The notes below the pieces were generated by a model. The model saw nothing but the letters and a program-made list of their open reading frames with translations, made no database searches and was not told the DNA's origin. Below are positions 27,371 through 37,281 of a stretch of 64,000 nt of DNA, one piece after another (within the stretch, counting starts at the first letter, position 1; the number at the start of each line of letters is the position of its first letter). Origin of the DNA: Candidatus Dormiibacterota bacterium (GTDB taxonomy: Bacteria > Chloroflexota > Dormibacteria > Aeolococcales > Aeolococcaceae). The stretch lies in NCBI GenBank assembly GCA_963718525.1, contig OY970355.1:2816001-2880000 (forward strand), given 5' to 3'. The translations under genes and the position numbers were made by a program.

Positions 27371-28474
27371 TCAGGCGCGCTGCGCGCGCGTCCATTCGAT
27401 CTGATCCTTCAGCGTCGCGCGCTCCATCGCGCGCGACGCGACCTTGAGCCAGTCGGGCGACCGTTTGGCGAGGTCAGCACTGACCGCGCCGATCCGCCGC
27501 GATCCTGAGCCGATATGCACGTTGGCGGTCTCGGCACCCATCGCGTGCAACAGGTCGGTCTGATCAGCGGCAAGACGGGCAACCGTGAATTCGATGCGGC
27601 TGCAGTCGGGGGCGAGCCGGCGAAGCACCCAGCGGCCGCGTACTTCCAGGAATGGGTCGGCACATCGAACCGCGCGCCGGACGATCGTCGGGTAGTGGAT
27701 CGCGACCGCCCCGGAACTCCCCGCGCTCCAGGCGACGGCTGACGCGACGACCTCCTTGACCTCTCGCGCGATCCAACCGCCGGAGTGCTCGGCGAACGCA
27801 ACGATGCGCGGGTGCCCGAGGCTCCCGAGTCCTGCGCGCCGGGTGACATAACGAGGATCCTCCCCACGGCGAAACTGGCGACGCAGAAGTGAGACGGCCG
27901 CGGGCGACAGGCGGCGAGCGCGCGGAAGATCGATCATGGCCGTCCAGAAGCGCACGGGGTCTCGCAACTCCAACTCGGCATCGCGGCGGAGCACGTGGTG
28001 GTGCTCGGCGAGGACGAACGGCCGGCCGCCACTCTTCATCGACGAGCGGTAGCCCTCGAGGATCGCGTTGCAGGCAGCGCGAGGGGTCAGGATCAGGGTT
28101 CCCGCGGCGATCGAGAGCCGCGCGGAGGTCGCCAGGCGCACCAGGTCGTTCGCGTAGGCCATGGGAAACGCCTCGTCGAAATCGTTGATGCCCCAGATCA
28201 GACGGCCCTCGGTGTCGCGCCAGGTTCCGAAGTTCTCGGTGTGCAGGTCGCCCACGGCCAGGACCTTCGGTGCGCTCGCAAGCTCCGGACATATCGCCGC
28301 CCACACCTGGACCCATCGATAGAAGGTGGCGCGGAGGAACGGGAACGGCGCCAGCGCCATCTGCTCGTGCTTGTACGCGAGGTCCGACCTGACCACCTGC
28401 AGCTGCCGGCCCACCCACGCCTCGTAGCTCCGTGTCGCCGCGACGATGGGCACGAGCCGCGAATTTGGGGCCAT
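27371..28474 (-). CDS. DUF2252-family kinase-like protein
   Basis: PFPFLRATFY, GDLHTENFG, INDFDEA, AGLGSLG; the start may be GTG 28453. Confidence 0.85.
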   Translation of the reverse strand: MAPNSRLVPIVAATRSYEAWVGRQLQVVRSDLAYKHEQMALAPFPFLRATFYRWVQVWAAICPELASAPKVLAVGDLHTENFGTWRDTEGRLIWGINDFDEAFPMAYANDLVRLATSARLSIAAGTLILTPRAACNAILEGYRSSMKSGGRPFVLAEHHHVLRRDAELELRDPVRFWTAMIDLPRARRLSPAAVSLLRRQFRRGEDPRYVTRRAGLGSLGHPRIVAFAEHSGGWIAREVKEVVASAVAWSAGSSGAVAIHYPTIVRRAVRCADPFLEVRGRWVLRRLAPDCSRIEFTVARLAADQTDLLHAMGAETANVHIGSGSRRIGAVSADLAKRSPDWLKVASRAMERATLKDQIEWTRAQRA

Positions 28475-28483
28475 GATCTCGCG

Positions 28484-29668
28484 ATGTTCGCGCAGCTGAC
28501 CATTCTCGTGCTTGCCGGCCTTGCGGGGCCGCTGCTTGCGTTCGGCAGGCGCGCCCTGATCCCGGTCGTGATCGGCGAGCTCCTCGCGGGCTTGGTGCTC
28601 GGTCACACGGGGTTCGGAGTGATCAACTCGGTGGCTCAGCCGTTTCCCGCGTTCAGCGCCATCGGCTTCGCGATGCTGATGTTCGGCGCGGGGACACACG
28701 TCGACATCGGCTCGCCGGCCATCCGCCAGGGGTTCTTCCGCGGTCTGCTCGCGCTTGGCGTCGTGGCGATCACCGCCGTGCCGATCGGGCTCCTGCTCGA
28801 TCACGCGCTCGGTATCGGCCATCCCGAGCTGCTTGCGGTGCTCATCACCGGCAGCTCGGCGGCGATCGCATTCCCGATCCTCGAGGAGCGCGGCCTCGCC
28901 GGTCCGAACGTGGCATTTCTCGTTGCCTGGGTCGCCCTCGCCAACTCGCTGACCGTGGTGATCATGCCGCTCACCCTTACGAAGGGCGGCAACCCCCTGG
29001 AGGCGATCGGCGGCGACGCGGCGATCCTGGCCGCAGGCGTACTTGTCCTGATTGCGGCGCAGCGGGCTCGCCACTACGCCTTCGTTCACCAGATGCACGC
29101 GGAGTCGCTCCGGCGTGGGTGGTCGTGGCAGGTGCGCATCTCGCTCGTGCTTCTGTTCGGCCTCTCCGCGATCGCTCAGGAGACTGGCGCGAGCACGCTG
29201 GTCGCGGGCTTCATCGCCGGGATGATCCTGGTGCGGCTTCGAGAATCGGATCGTCTTGCACTGCAGTTTTCGGGAGTTGCCAACGGGTTCTTCGTTCCGC
29301 TGTTCTTCCTGCTGCTGGGCGCGGAGCTCAACCTGCGCGCGCTGGTCACCTCCCCGTCGCGCATCGTTCTTGCAATCGGCCTCGCCGTCGGCGCCGTGAT
29401 CACGCACGTGATTGCGGCGCGTGTGGCCGGTCATGAGCGGTATGTCGCAACCGGTCTTGCGGCGTCGGCGCAGCTGGGCATGCCTGCAGCTGCCGCCAGT
29501 CTCGGCCTGAGCACGGGGCTCCTCGGACCGGCCGAGGCCGCGGCGCTGGTCGCCGCGGGCTGCCTGACACTCATCCCCGCGACGGTCGGATCCCTGCTGC
29601 TCGCCCGACCGGCGCCGACGCCGTCCGGGGCTCCTCAGACGGGAAGCACCCCGGCACCATCGACCTGA
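28484..29668 (+). CDS. Cation:proton antiporter (CPA2/Kef-type, TM domain only)
   Basis: IPVVIGELLAGLVLG, GFFVPLFF, about 12 TMs; CATGAT-N6-ATG. Confidence 0.88.
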   Translation: MFAQLTILVLAGLAGPLLAFGRRALIPVVIGELLAGLVLGHTGFGVINSVAQPFPAFSAIGFAMLMFGAGTHVDIGSPAIRQGFFRGLLALGVVAITAVPIGLLLDHALGIGHPELLAVLITGSSAAIAFPILEERGLAGPNVAFLVAWVALANSLTVVIMPLTLTKGGNPLEAIGGDAAILAAGVLVLIAAQRARHYAFVHQMHAESLRRGWSWQVRISLVLLFGLSAIAQETGASTLVAGFIAGMILVRLRESDRLALQFSGVANGFFVPLFFLLLGAELNLRALVTSPSRIVLAIGLAVGAVITHVIAARVAGHERYVATGLAASAQLGMPAAAASLGLSTGLLGPAEAAALVAAGCLTLIPATVGSLLLARPAPTPSGAPQTGSTPAPST

Positions 29669-29682
29669 AAGAGTAAGTCGCG

Positions 29683-30678
29683 GTGCTCAGATATCTCGTC
29701 AGCCGGGTCCTCCAGGCGGCACTCGTCGTTGTCGGGGTGGCGACTGTGGTGTTCTTCCTCGAGCGTCTCATGCCCGGCGACCCGGGAAGGATCATGCTCG
29801 GGCCGCGCAGCGGCCCGGCCCAATGGGCGATCTACGACCATCAGAACGGGTTCGACCGGCCGATCCCGGTCCAGTACGTCGACTTCCTCGCAAACCTGCT
29901 CCACGGGAGGATCGCGTTCACGCCGCCGGGGTTCGCAGACCAGATCGACCCCATCGAGGGGGTCGCGGTCGACCTCGACCTCCAGTCACTGGTTCAGGGG
30001 CCGACGATCAACTCGCTGATCCTGACAGGCCTGTCCACCCTGCTCGTCGTTGCAGTGACTGTGCCGGTCGCCCTCTACGAAGCGGCGCGGCGACGCCGGC
30101 GTGGCGCCCATCTCTCCAACATCCTGTCGATGACGCTGTACTCGATCCCGCCCTTCCTGCTCGGCACCCTGCTCATCCTGGTGCTCGCAACAGACCTGAA
30201 CTGGCTCAATCTGAACACGCCGGACTGGAACACCGGCGATGTCCTCGCCGACCCGGCGGGGCTGATTCTCCCCATGCTGACCTTGTCAACGGGAACGGTC
30301 GCGCTGTTCAGCCGCTACCTCCGAGCGGCGACCATCGAGGAGCTGACCAAGGACTACATCACGACGGCGCGAGCCAAGGGTGCGTCGCGGACGCGAGTGA
30401 GCCTGCGCCACGCGCTCCCCAACGCTTCGTTGCCGCTCATCACCCTGCTGGGCACGCGCCTCCCTCAGATCTTCGGTGCCCAGCTCGTCGTGGAAGTGCT
30501 CTTTGGCTATCCGGGGCTGGGAACCACACTCTGGAGTGCAGCGATGAATCACGACTTCTACACGATGCTGGGCGCGATCCTGATCGGGGGTGTTCTCACC
30601 ACGCTCGGCTCCCTGATCACCGACCTCGTGTACGCGATGGTTGATCCTCGGATCCGGTACGTCCGCGCGCGAAGCTGA
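29683..30678 (+). CDS. Peptide ABC transporter permease (OppB/DppB-like)
   Basis: MLRYLVSR, MPGDP, DYITTARAKG...RHALPNA, DLVYAMVDPRIR. Confidence 0.93.
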   Translation: MLRYLVSRVLQAALVVVGVATVVFFLERLMPGDPGRIMLGPRSGPAQWAIYDHQNGFDRPIPVQYVDFLANLLHGRIAFTPPGFADQIDPIEGVAVDLDLQSLVQGPTINSLILTGLSTLLVVAVTVPVALYEAARRRRRGAHLSNILSMTLYSIPPFLLGTLLILVLATDLNWLNLNTPDWNTGDVLADPAGLILPMLTLSTGTVALFSRYLRAATIEELTKDYITTARAKGASRTRVSLRHALPNASLPLITLLGTRLPQIFGAQLVVEVLFGYPGLGTTLWSAAMNHDFYTMLGAILIGGVLTTLGSLITDLVYAMVDPRIRYVRARS

Positions 30679-30689
30679 TCGGCGCGGGC

Positions 30690-30839
30690 TCAGGTGCCCT
30701 CGCGGGAACGACGGCCTGCCTCATCGGCGCGGTCACGCTCGACCTTCTCGGTCTGATCCTTGCGCCGCCGGTCGTCCGCCTGATCCTGCTCCTTGGTGGC
30801 CTCGTCCTCGGGCTTCACGTCGTGCTGCTGGTTGCTCAT
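30690..30839 (-). CDS. Small highly charged hypothetical protein (49 aa)
   Basis: MSNQQHDVKPEDEATKEQ...; TATGCT upstream of ATG. Confidence 0.5.
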   Translation of the reverse strand: MSNQQHDVKPEDEATKEQDQADDRRRKDQTEKVERDRADEAGRRSREGT

Positions 30840-30895
30840 CGTCGGATCAGCATAGGCCGCTTCTCGCGGGATCCGCGTGCGCGGGTGCCGCTCGG

Positions 30896-32963
30896 TTAGG
30901 ACCACAACCCTTCGAGGGCCACGCCGACCCGCTCGGACGCATCCACCGAGGGCATCGCGTCGACCAACTCCTGCTCGCGTCTGCGCTCGGTCACCTGCTC
31001 GCAGCGGGCACGAACCCGCTCTGAGAGGAATCGCGACGGCTGGGCCCAGCCGTGGCGGTCATCGCGCGCGTTCGGGTGATGGTGGTAGCGCTCGGGCACG
31101 TACAGATGCAGCCCATGTCGAGCGCGGGTCAGGGCGACGTAGAACACCCGCCGCTCCTCCTCGAGACCGTCAGGTGCGCCCAGCGCCATGTCCGAGGGGA
31201 TGTTCCCGTCGGTGACATGGAGCACGTGGACGACGTCCCACTCGAGTCCCTTGGCGGAGTGCACCGTCGAGATGACCAGCCAGTCCTCATCGATGACCGG
31301 CGGTCCCGCAAGATTGCCCGTCGAGCTCGGTGGCTCGAGGACGTGTTCCGCCGCAACGTCGGAGAGGCGCGCGACCTTCGTGCTGGCGGCGACAAGGGTG
31401 TCCAGGTCGGCGAGCCTCGAGGATGGCTCCGGATACACCGCCTCGACGAGCGGCGCAACCGCGACGCGAATCCGCTCCGCGTGGGTGGCGATGGCTTCGC
31501 CAGAGAGCGGCACCAGCGCAGCGACGAGAACGTCGGCCGACCGCATCGCGGCGTCGGGAAGCTGCGCCGACGCGTGCGACCACGACGCGAACACGTCCAA
31601 CTCCGTCGGCGTGTCGTCGGAGCCGAGCAACCCGAGTGCCGCGACAACGCGATGCGCCGTTGCAGGACCCACACCAACGAGCATCTGCAGCAGACGGAAC
31701 CAGGCAACCACGTCACCCGGGTTATCCGCGAGACGGAACGCCGCGAGCATGTCCTTGACGTGCGCCGCTTCGACGAAACGCAATCCGCCGTACTTGACGT
31801 AGGGAATCCGCCGAGCTCCCAGCTCGAGCTCGAGGAGCGCCGAGTGGTGCGCGGCTCGCACCAGCACCGCCTGCTCGCGGAGTGCCACGCCGGCTTCGCG
31901 ATGCTCCAGGATGCGGTCGCAGACCGCCTCGGTCTGTGTGTCCTCGTCCGCGCACCGGACGAGCTGGGGAACCACGCCGGGAGCCGTCCGGGCGGCGTGC
32001 AGCACCGCGGAGAACCCGACAGTGGCATCGGCGCCGACCGCATTTGCGACGTCGAGAATCAGCTGGCTCGAGCGGTAGTTCGTTTCCAGGACGACGGTGG
32101 TTGACGATGGAAAGACGCGATCGAACTCGAGGATATGTCGCGGTTCGGCAGCGCGGAACGAATAGAGCGCCTGCGCGTCGTCACCAACCACGGTGATCCG
32201 TGGATCCGCGTGACGCAGTCCTTTCAGGATGTCGACCTGCAGCTCATTCACGTCCTGGTACTCGTCGACGAGCACGTGATCGAGCGACCCGGCAAGACGA
32301 GGACCGAGACGGTCGTCCTGCGCTGCCGCACGCCAGAACAGCAGAAGATCATCGAGGTCGACGAGTTCCTGCGGACCGCTTGCGATGCACGTAGCCTCGG
32401 CAGATCTCGGCAATTGCGTCGATGCAATCCGCAGCCCAGGGCGCGACCTCGGGGACGACAGATGACACGGGCCGTCCAGTGTTGACCGCCGACGAGTAGA
32501 TATCAACGAGCAGCGCCTTGCGTGGGAATCGCCGGCGTGTCGATGCGGCGTGACCCTGCTCGTCGCGGACCATATCGATGACATCCGCGGCGTCAGCAGC
32601 GTCCAGCACCGAGAACCCCTCCGGAAGCCCGAGCGTCGCGGCGTAACGGCGGAGCGTCCGGTGCGCGATGGCGTGAAAGGTGCCACCGGTGACCCGTGCA
32701 GCGGGTGAACCCGAGCCCCGACTGAGGCCGGCCGTCGCCATCAGCGACGACGTTCGAGCCAGCATCTGGCGCGCGGCGCGACGAGTGAAGGTGAGCAGCA
32801 GGAGCCGTTCTGGTGGCGCCCCGGTCGCAAGCAGCCAAGCGACTCGGGCGGATAGCGTTGTTGTCTTGCCGGTGCCGGCGCCCGCAAGGATCCTGAGGGG
32901 GCCACCAGCGTGTGTGACAGCCGTCCGCTGGGCATCGGTCAGGTGGTCGAGCCACTCGAACAT
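30896..32963 (-). CDS. UvrD/PcrA-family SF1 DNA helicase; frameshift at ~32365
   Basis: AGAGTGKT, LTFTRRAA, GTFH, VDEYQD, VGDDAQ, NYRS, STVHSAKGLEW, EERRVFYVALTRAR; frames join as KRSAGLVDLDDL. Confidence 0.92.
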
Positions 32964-32976
32964 TCGTTCGATCATA
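32956..32976 (-). promoter_or_regulatory. LexA SOS box overlapping the start codon, with a TATGAT -10 box
   Basis: TCGAAC-ATTC-GTTCGA (32956-32971); TATGAT 7 nt upstream of ATG 32963. Confidence 0.8.
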
Positions 32977-33033
32977 CTGCCGGACCCCGAGGCCGGGTGA
33001 AGTGCAGGTGCGACTGGGCGATACCCTTGCGAA

Positions 33034-33582
33034 ATGCGACCCCTTCGGTACTCCATCAACGTCACGCTGGACGGGTGCTGCGACCATCGCGCAATCCCCG
33101 CGGATGAAGAGTTGCATCGTCATGCGGCCGAGAACCTCAACCAGGCCGATGCCCTGATCTTTGGCCGGGTGACGTACGAAATGATGGAATCATCCTGGCG
33201 GCCGCAGGCGCCGACAGGAGAGCGACCTGATTGGATGGAACCCTTCGCCCAGACGATCAACTCGGCGAAGAAGTACGTCGTGTCGAGCACCCTGGACCAG
33301 GTCGATTGGAACGCGGAACTCGTGCGCGGGGATCTGGGCAAGGCCGTCCAGCAGCTCAAGCAGGAGTCGGGCAAAGGACTGCTCGTGGGAGGTGTGAAGC
33401 TCCCACTGGCGTTGACGGAGCTGGGATTGATCGATGAGTACGAGCTCTTGGTGCATCCCAGGCTGGCGGGCCATGGGCCGAGGTTGTTCGCGGGGCTATC
33501 GAAGCATGTCGACTTGAAGCTCGTGGGCCGGCTGGAGTACGGCTCGGGGGCTGTGGCGATGCGGTACAAGCCGAGCAGGTAG
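33034..33582 (+). CDS. Dihydrofolate reductase / RibD_C family protein
   Basis: INVTLDG, FGRVTYEMM, KYVVSSTL, GLIDEYELLVHP..AGHG. Confidence 0.9.
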   Translation: MRPLRYSINVTLDGCCDHRAIPADEELHRHAAENLNQADALIFGRVTYEMMESSWRPQAPTGERPDWMEPFAQTINSAKKYVVSSTLDQVDWNAELVRGDLGKAVQQLKQESGKGLLVGGVKLPLALTELGLIDEYELLVHPRLAGHGPRLFAGLSKHVDLKLVGRLEYGSGAVAMRYKPSR

Positions 33583-33631
33583 GCACCAGGATCGGCTGGG
33601 CAGCCGTCGCGAGCGAGAGGATCGTCTCGCG

Positions 33632-34255
33632 CTATTTGGTCAGCAGCGTGGCGATGACGTTGATCGTCGTCGACACGACCACGACCCCGAACAGGTAGGA
33701 GAGCAGCGCATGACGAATCGCCGTGATGCGAATCGATTTCGCGTTGAGGTCAGTGTCGGAGACCTGGAAGGTCATCCCGATGGTCAGCGCGACGTACAGA
33801 AAGTCCCGGAAATCAGGCGGTTGGTCAGCGTGGAAGTCGATGCCTGCATCCTGGCTGTAGTAGAGCCGCGCGTAGCGCAGCATGAAGACGACGTGAACGG
33901 CGGCCCACGAAAGCACCACGCTCGCAACGACGAGTGTGGTGATGGCGGACTTGACGAAGCCGTGGGATGAGCCGGCCGCGATCAGCGCCAAGGCAACACT
34001 GACCAGGCTCGCGATGTTCGCGCCGACGAGAATTGCTTCAGCCGCGGTCCGTGAATCGTCCACCGTCATCGCCGCCCGCTTGGTCGCCGCGCTGTCCTTG
34101 CCGCGAATTCCGACATAGACGATCGCGATGAATGCCGCGGAGGTCACGTCCCACCCCACGAGGATCGCCACCTGCCACTCGGTCAAGGGGAGCGCGATCC
34201 CAAAGCCGATGATCCCGAGCACAAGGCATATGGCCAGCCGGGCCCGTGCGTTCAT
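33632..34255 (-). CDS. DUF1345-family membrane protein
   Basis: SWAAVH...YARLYY, PDFRDFLY...GMTFQVSD, HALLSYLFG. Confidence 0.88.
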   Translation of the reverse strand: MNARARLAICLVLGIIGFGIALPLTEWQVAILVGWDVTSAAFIAIVYVGIRGKDSAATKRAAMTVDDSRTAAEAILVGANIASLVSVALALIAAGSSHGFVKSAITTLVVASVVLSWAAVHVVFMLRYARLYYSQDAGIDFHADQPPDFRDFLYVALTIGMTFQVSDTDLNAKSIRITAIRHALLSYLFGVVVVSTTINVIATLLTK

Positions 34256-34317
34256 TCGGCCGAGTGTCGCATGGCGTCGTCAGCCCCGAACGCCCGCAGT
34301 GAGACACCGCGTCCGAT

Positions 34318-34644
34318 TCAGCGCTCGAGCGCTTGCTCAAGCTGTGCTTTGTTCATTCGCGAACGGCCCTTGAGATTGCGCTCACTCGCCTCGTTGCGAA
34401 GCTGATCGTATGTCCTCCCACCGGAGCCGGAGTGTGACCGCAGGCCGCCACGCCGGCCGGATGAGATGTCTTCGGTCGAGGTCCGGCTCGCAGTCATGGA
34501 CTCGCCGGCTCGTGCGCGCTCCTTGTTCACTGTGCGGGCGGCGATCTCCTCGGCAGTGTCCTCATCGCGGCCGCGAGCCTCGAGGCCCTCTTTGATGTGC
34601 TCGTACTGTCGCTCTCGTTTTGGCGTCCACGCCTTGACGGGCAT
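34318..34644 (-). CDS. Small conserved basic protein (ChaB-like N-terminus, Rho-N-like C-terminus)
   Basis: KRERQYEHIK...EEIAARTVNKERAR...GRSRMNKAQL; AAGGAG RBS. Confidence 0.8.
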   Translation of the reverse strand: MPVKAWTPKRERQYEHIKEGLEARGRDEDTAEEIAARTVNKERARAGESMTASRTSTEDISSGRRGGLRSHSGSGGRTYDQLRNEASERNLKGRSRMNKAQLEQALER

Positions 34645-34822
34645 CTTCCGGTCTCCTTGATGGCAGGCTAGTCATGCTTTATGACAGATAGCCTATCACC
34701 TTAGTGCGCGCTCACAGGCTGTTCGCACGGCGGCGAGGCCGGCGCCCACGTGGTACACGGAAGGTAGGCTTGTGCGACGCCATCCGGGCTCAGAACCAGG
34801 AAGTTCGAGTGTTGTCGGAGTG

Positions 34823-35689
34823 ATGAAGCAAGAGGAACGCACCCAGCCCCCGTACACGCAGATCGTTGGGGCACTTGAGGAGCTCCCGGGCCTGGAAGGC
34901 CTGAGTGAGGTCCTCGTCAAAGCGCTCGAGCCGGTGACACGGCGTCGGAACCTCATGGACCTGCTGCACGGTCGGTGGCTGGGCCACGCGCTGCATCCAG
35001 CGATGAGTGATCTGCCGATCGGGTTGTGGGCGAGCGTGCCCGTGCTCGACCTCATCGGTGACAAGCGCGGCGCCGCGACGCTCACAGCCGCGGGCTGCCT
35101 CGCGTCCGCGGCAACCGCGGCGACGGGGACGGCCGACTGGTCGGTCACGTATGGTCGCGACCGCCGCCTCGCACTGGTGCACGGACTCGCCAACACTGCC
35201 GTGCTCGGACTCCAACTGGGATCTCTGGCCGCGCGCATTCGCGGCCGCACCGCGCGCGGACGCTTGCTCTCCGCAACCGGCCTCGCGGTCGGGGCGGCTG
35301 CGGCGTATCTCGGCGGCGATCTTGTGCTGGACCGGGCCTTGATGGTCAATCACACGGCCGGGCTTGGCGGCCCCGCGGAGTGGACCGATGTCGCAGACGA
35401 CGCTGCCGTCACCGAGGGAGCTCTGACCGCCGTCGAAGTCGAAGATCGCAAAGTCGTTCTGACCCGCGTGGGCGGCACCGTCTGCGCGCTCGAGAACACG
35501 TGCACCCACGCCGGGGGTCCCTTGAATGAAGGAACCGTCGAGGACGGAACTGTCATCTGCCCGTGGCACGGCTCGCGATTCCGGCTCAGCGACGGCGCCG
35601 TCCTGGGCGGGCCTGCGACGTTTCCACAGCCGCGGCTCGAGACTCGGAAGGTCGCGGGCCGGGTCCAGATCCGAGGGCGCGAAGCCTGA
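34823..35689 (+). CDS. DUF2231 membrane domain + Rieske 2Fe-2S protein
   Basis: LHGRWLGHALHP, G.ADW, HGLAN, GGDLV; Rieske CTHAGGPL...CPWHGSRF. Confidence 0.9.
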   Translation: MKQEERTQPPYTQIVGALEELPGLEGLSEVLVKALEPVTRRRNLMDLLHGRWLGHALHPAMSDLPIGLWASVPVLDLIGDKRGAATLTAAGCLASAATAATGTADWSVTYGRDRRLALVHGLANTAVLGLQLGSLAARIRGRTARGRLLSATGLAVGAAAAYLGGDLVLDRALMVNHTAGLGGPAEWTDVADDAAVTEGALTAVEVEDRKVVLTRVGGTVCALENTCTHAGGPLNEGTVEDGTVICPWHGSRFRLSDGAVLGGPATFPQPRLETRKVAGRVQIRGREA

Positions 35690-35754
35690 GCTCCCGCAGC
35701 ATTTGCGTCGGGCGGTACACCATTGCTAGCCGCGTCCGCTCAGGAGCGATAGGA

Positions 35755-37203
35755 GTGGACGATTCGCAGGCCGTCTTCGGGCACTACGTCGGCCACGACG
35801 AGCCCTCGGTGCTCTTCTACTCGAACAAGAACGGCTCCGGGAACGAGATGCAGTACAGCGGCTCGCTTCCCAAGGCGCCGACTCCAACCAACGTCCCCGG
35901 CAAGCATATCTACACGTTTGAATACACGCCGGCGTTCTGGTTCGGCATGGCGATGTGCGACACCCAGTCCTACCCGGAGCTCGTCAACTCGTGTGTTCCA
36001 GACAGTAATGTCAACATCGTCGATCCCACGAAGAGTCCGTATCACCCCGGCGCCGCGTACATGGAGCTGCAGTTCTATCCACCAGGCTATGTCCAGCAAT
36101 GGAACGGCTTCAGCTGCTCCCCCACCCAATGGTGCGTGGCCCTGAACATTGACAGCTTGTCGCTGAACCCGCTGACCGGGCAGCAAACAATTCCGCCTGC
36201 GAGAGCCTCGTCGGTGAGGAGTACGTCAACTTCGCGTACCTGACGCACAACGGCATACCACAGGGGCCGCCAACCCGGTTCAGTTCCAGGCGCTCGCGTC
36301 CGGGACACCAGACCCGCATAAGGTCGAATTCCTGAACCAGGGCGACACCTTCACGGTCACCCTGCACGACACACCGAGCGGACTACAGGCAGTGGTGAAG
36401 GACACGACCACGACACCTCCGGCTCCATGACCGCGAGCGCCGCCAATGGGTTCGGCCAGGTGAAGTACGCCCCCAACCCCTCCACCACCTGCAAGAACAT
36501 CCCCTACAACTTCCATCCGATGTATGCGACCTCAACGTCGCAGACGACCGTGCCGTGGGCAGCGGCGACGTACAACGTGGCCTTCGATACGGAGATCGGA
36601 CACTTCGACTACTGCAGTAGCGTCGACGCCACGACCGGTACCTGCGCGGGCAACGAGGGGATCAAGAGCAATACCGAGGTGTGGGACTACGACGACGTGG
36701 GCTGCTGGCCGGGTTCGTCATCCGGTCTCATCAAGATCGGCGCCTGCGAGGGTTCGAACGTCGGCTATGACGGCACGGCATACCTCCCCGACTGGCCGAA
36801 CGCCACATCGTCCCGCCCGACGCCGTTCATCTTCACAAGCCCGCTGACGGGGAGCGCGTACAACGCCAACTACTCGTCGGTTGGCTTCAACACGGACCTG
36901 CCTGCCATCGAGGGCAGCCTCGGTACGTGCAACAACACCACGGGTGCCGGCTGCACGATCATCCCGCCGACTGACGACGGGGCACCGGCGCAGTTCTACC
37001 CGTACTACACGACCGGCACGGCACTTGGTGGGTGCGCGTGGACTGTCGGTCAGAACTACCCCGGGTTCAGTACCAGGGATTTCGGTGCGCACCGGCAGTA
37101 TGGGCAGCTGCTGAAGGTCGCCTACTCGGGGCCTGGTGGCGTTGCCTCGTATTCGTACAACGACTACCAGAACAACCTGGAGGGCAATCCCTGCCCTCGC
37201 TGA
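35755..37203 (+). CDS. Cys-rich extracellular-type protein, broken by three single-base frameshifts (pseudogene or sequencing error)
   Basis: YVGHDEPSVLFYS, FWFGMAMCD, AYMELQFYPPG, GSMTASAANGF, FYPYY; breaks at ~36188, ~36272 and ~36413; no signal peptide visible. Confidence 0.7.
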
Positions 37204-37215
37204 CGTAATCGGTCC

Positions 37216-37245
37216 GGGAGGAGCCGCCGTCGCGCGGCTCCTCCC
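37216..37245 (+). terminator. 12-bp hairpin after the Cys-rich gene
   Basis: GGGAGGAGCCGC-cgtcgc-GCGGCTCCTCCC. Confidence 0.6.
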
Positions 37246-37281
37246 ACCAACCGGGATCTCGCTCAACTCGCCCTCGAGCAG

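Noticed and set aside
27371-29434. 687-aa fusion ORF
   Set aside because: The N-terminal half is the antisense shadow of the antiporter; DUF2252 homology starts at ~28474
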